Origin: Dimorphilus gyrociliatus
Lineage: Eukaryota > Animalia > Annelida
DNA: 64,000 nt
Assembly: GCA_904063045.1 (NCBI GenBank)
Contig: CAJFCJ010000023.1
Location: 248,001 to 312,000 of the forward strand
Direction: 5' to 3'
Shown: piece after piece, positions 62,341-64,000 of the stretch
How positions within the stretch are numbered: the stretch's first letter is position 1
Layout of the letters: every line of letters starts with the position of its first letter
The notes under the pieces: generated by a model
Database searches by the model: none
Told to the model about the DNA's origin: nothing
What the model saw: only the letters and a program-made list of their open reading frames with translations
Translations under genes and position numbers: made by a program

Positions 62341-64000
62341 TTAAGTTTTCCTTGATTTTATATTTGAAAGTAGTCTCGGAGAAGGAAAAATGTTCACTTT
62401 TTTTCCCAAATCGCCCGACATTGAAACAACCGCGTGATGATTTAGAGCAGGCAAACTATGTCTTTGAACTTTCATTGACTTTTCAATATCATTGAGATTG
62501 GACGAAGGTAGACTACTGAGTCTTGAAGAATAATTGAATTTGTCTTTCAGTTCTTCCGTTTCATTTAAATTAGAGGTGGTATTAGAATTAGAGGTCATCC
62601 CGACGCTATGATTGAGAATTTCCCGATGATAGTCCTGTAGTTTTAGTTTCCTTTGTCTTTCGGCCGCTTTCACGAGCCTTTCAGCTTTAATTTGTTTTTG
62701 TACGCTATTAATCATTTTCCTAGGAATTTATTAGAAATCATTACTCTCTTTGTCTTTGATTATTTGATTAGATAGAAGTTAGTCAAGAAGAAAAGCAAAA
62801 GTCAGTTAAAGGTGTATGGAAATTAGGAAGAGAAAGAGCGAGAGAAGAAAGGATTTGATTGGAAACAGATTATTTTGCTGTTTATAGAGACTCACTTGTA
62901 ATTTACACTTGTCGAATCTGCTTCTTCCGCAGTCGTAATTTGAATATGCTTCATTAATTCAGCAATTTCATGCTTGTACAATTTGATGCCACATTTCTGA
63001 GTTAGGAATGGAGCGAGAGAGAGAAGAAAAAGAAAAAGACACGGACAGATAGACAACGAAGTAGAAAGAGAAGACAAACCAAGATAGACAGACGAGTAGA
63101 TATACATACATACGTTGAAAGGGTTAGAGGGAAAAGATGTCATAGATAGAAAAAAAGAAGAAAAAAAGACATATAATATATATATATATAAATGATTAAA
63201 ACGTACTGAAAGGGATATTAAAAATAGATACAAACTTCGAGTCTTTCCATAAAATTTTCAAAAGAGAGTAACTTTGTAACCTTTTTATCGAAAGATCTAA
63301 AGAGTTCGGTTGGCCTCAACTGCTTCACTTTCATGTAATCGATCACTCTCTGCATGGGTTCTACTTTCCTCCCTGCAAACATAATGCACTCTGACCTAAC
63401 GAGCTCAATTTCACTTTGACTCGATTAATTACTACCACCAAAATACACACAGAATACAATACCCTACATCACAAGATATTTACCCTGCCTTTGACCCAAA
63501 ATATCGTGCGAGGGAACAACTCCTCCGTGTTTACACTCAAAATGGCGCTCTTTTTTTATCATCATAACTATTATCTCAAATTCGCCTGTAACCGACGTAT
63601 CCTGAAAAATAGTAATGTATTTACGGTAAATTAATATGAGAAAACGTAAAGAAGTATTGATGAAAATTTGTTAAATGAATAAAACTAATAGCAAGAACCG
63701 TTAATCGACTCGTCATCACCTGTAGTCGATTATCGTTAAGAGGGTAATAAAGGCTAAACTAACACCGAGATCGAGTTTCCTCAACTTCGATCGTCCAACA
63801 GCGTCGATAACATCAAGACATCCGGTTGTCGTTAGGGGATTTTTAGCAAGGCCTAAATATTTTAAATTAGTATTTTGTTTAAGACCTTGACTTATAAAAA
63901 TGGCTCCTTCCCAATTTATTCGATTATCATTCAAATGTAACTCCTCTAGATTGGAATTCTTTTTTAAGAATTCCCTTATCGCCAGGGAACCTTCATATCC
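62341..64000 (-). CDS. LRRC74: LRRC74-like leucine-rich-repeat protein with EF-hand-like C-terminal region (3' part; 5' end outside the window)
   Basis: Exons >64000-63764 (GYEGSLAIREFLKKNSNLEELHLNDNRINWEGAIFISQGLKQNTNLKYLGLAKNPL; RNI-like LRRs), 63601-63484 (..KHGGVV), 63372-63236 (PMQRVIDYMKVKQLRPTELFRSFDK), 62996-62896 and 62719-62341; phases consistent. Confidence 0.82.

Overview
AT-rich eukaryotic (animal) genomic DNA with spliceosomal introns, many (TA)n/(GA)n microsatellites, and no prokaryotic features, CRISPR array, rRNA or tRNA. I rebuilt genes by hand from splice signals and phase continuity; most entries in the ORF track are spurious or single exons. Supported genes, in order: the 3' end of a large protein with a Tc-toxin-A-like C-terminal signature (+, <1-616); a small orphan secreted 4-Cys peptide (+, 7038-7259); a 13-exon Cys/Trp-repeat cell-surface protein of the insect/spiralian LP06548p-like type (-, 8820-28291), whose signal-peptide exon lies 12.3 kb upstream; a hillarin/KY-like transglutaminase-fold protein lacking the catalytic triad and fused to a dynein-stalk MTBD-like domain (-, 33111-36525); a CCK/sulfakinin precursor (+, 44615-44887); caveolin (+, 46807-48304); otopetrin (+, ~55063-61768); and the 3' part of an LRRC74-like gene (-, 62341->64000). 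The GGGRW-amide CCK peptide suggests a spiralian (annelid/mollusc-like) host; this is inference. The least explained region is 19.7-32.9 kb. It holds a dense cluster of AGCGTC/GACGCT motifs (often palindromic pairs), a structured ~165-nt element with a U1-type Sm site, and hints of antisense or divergent transcripts. I found no clear-cut novel multi-gene system. The best leads are the pseudo-transglutaminase-MTBD fusion, the Sm-site element, the motif cluster and the orphan secreted peptide.
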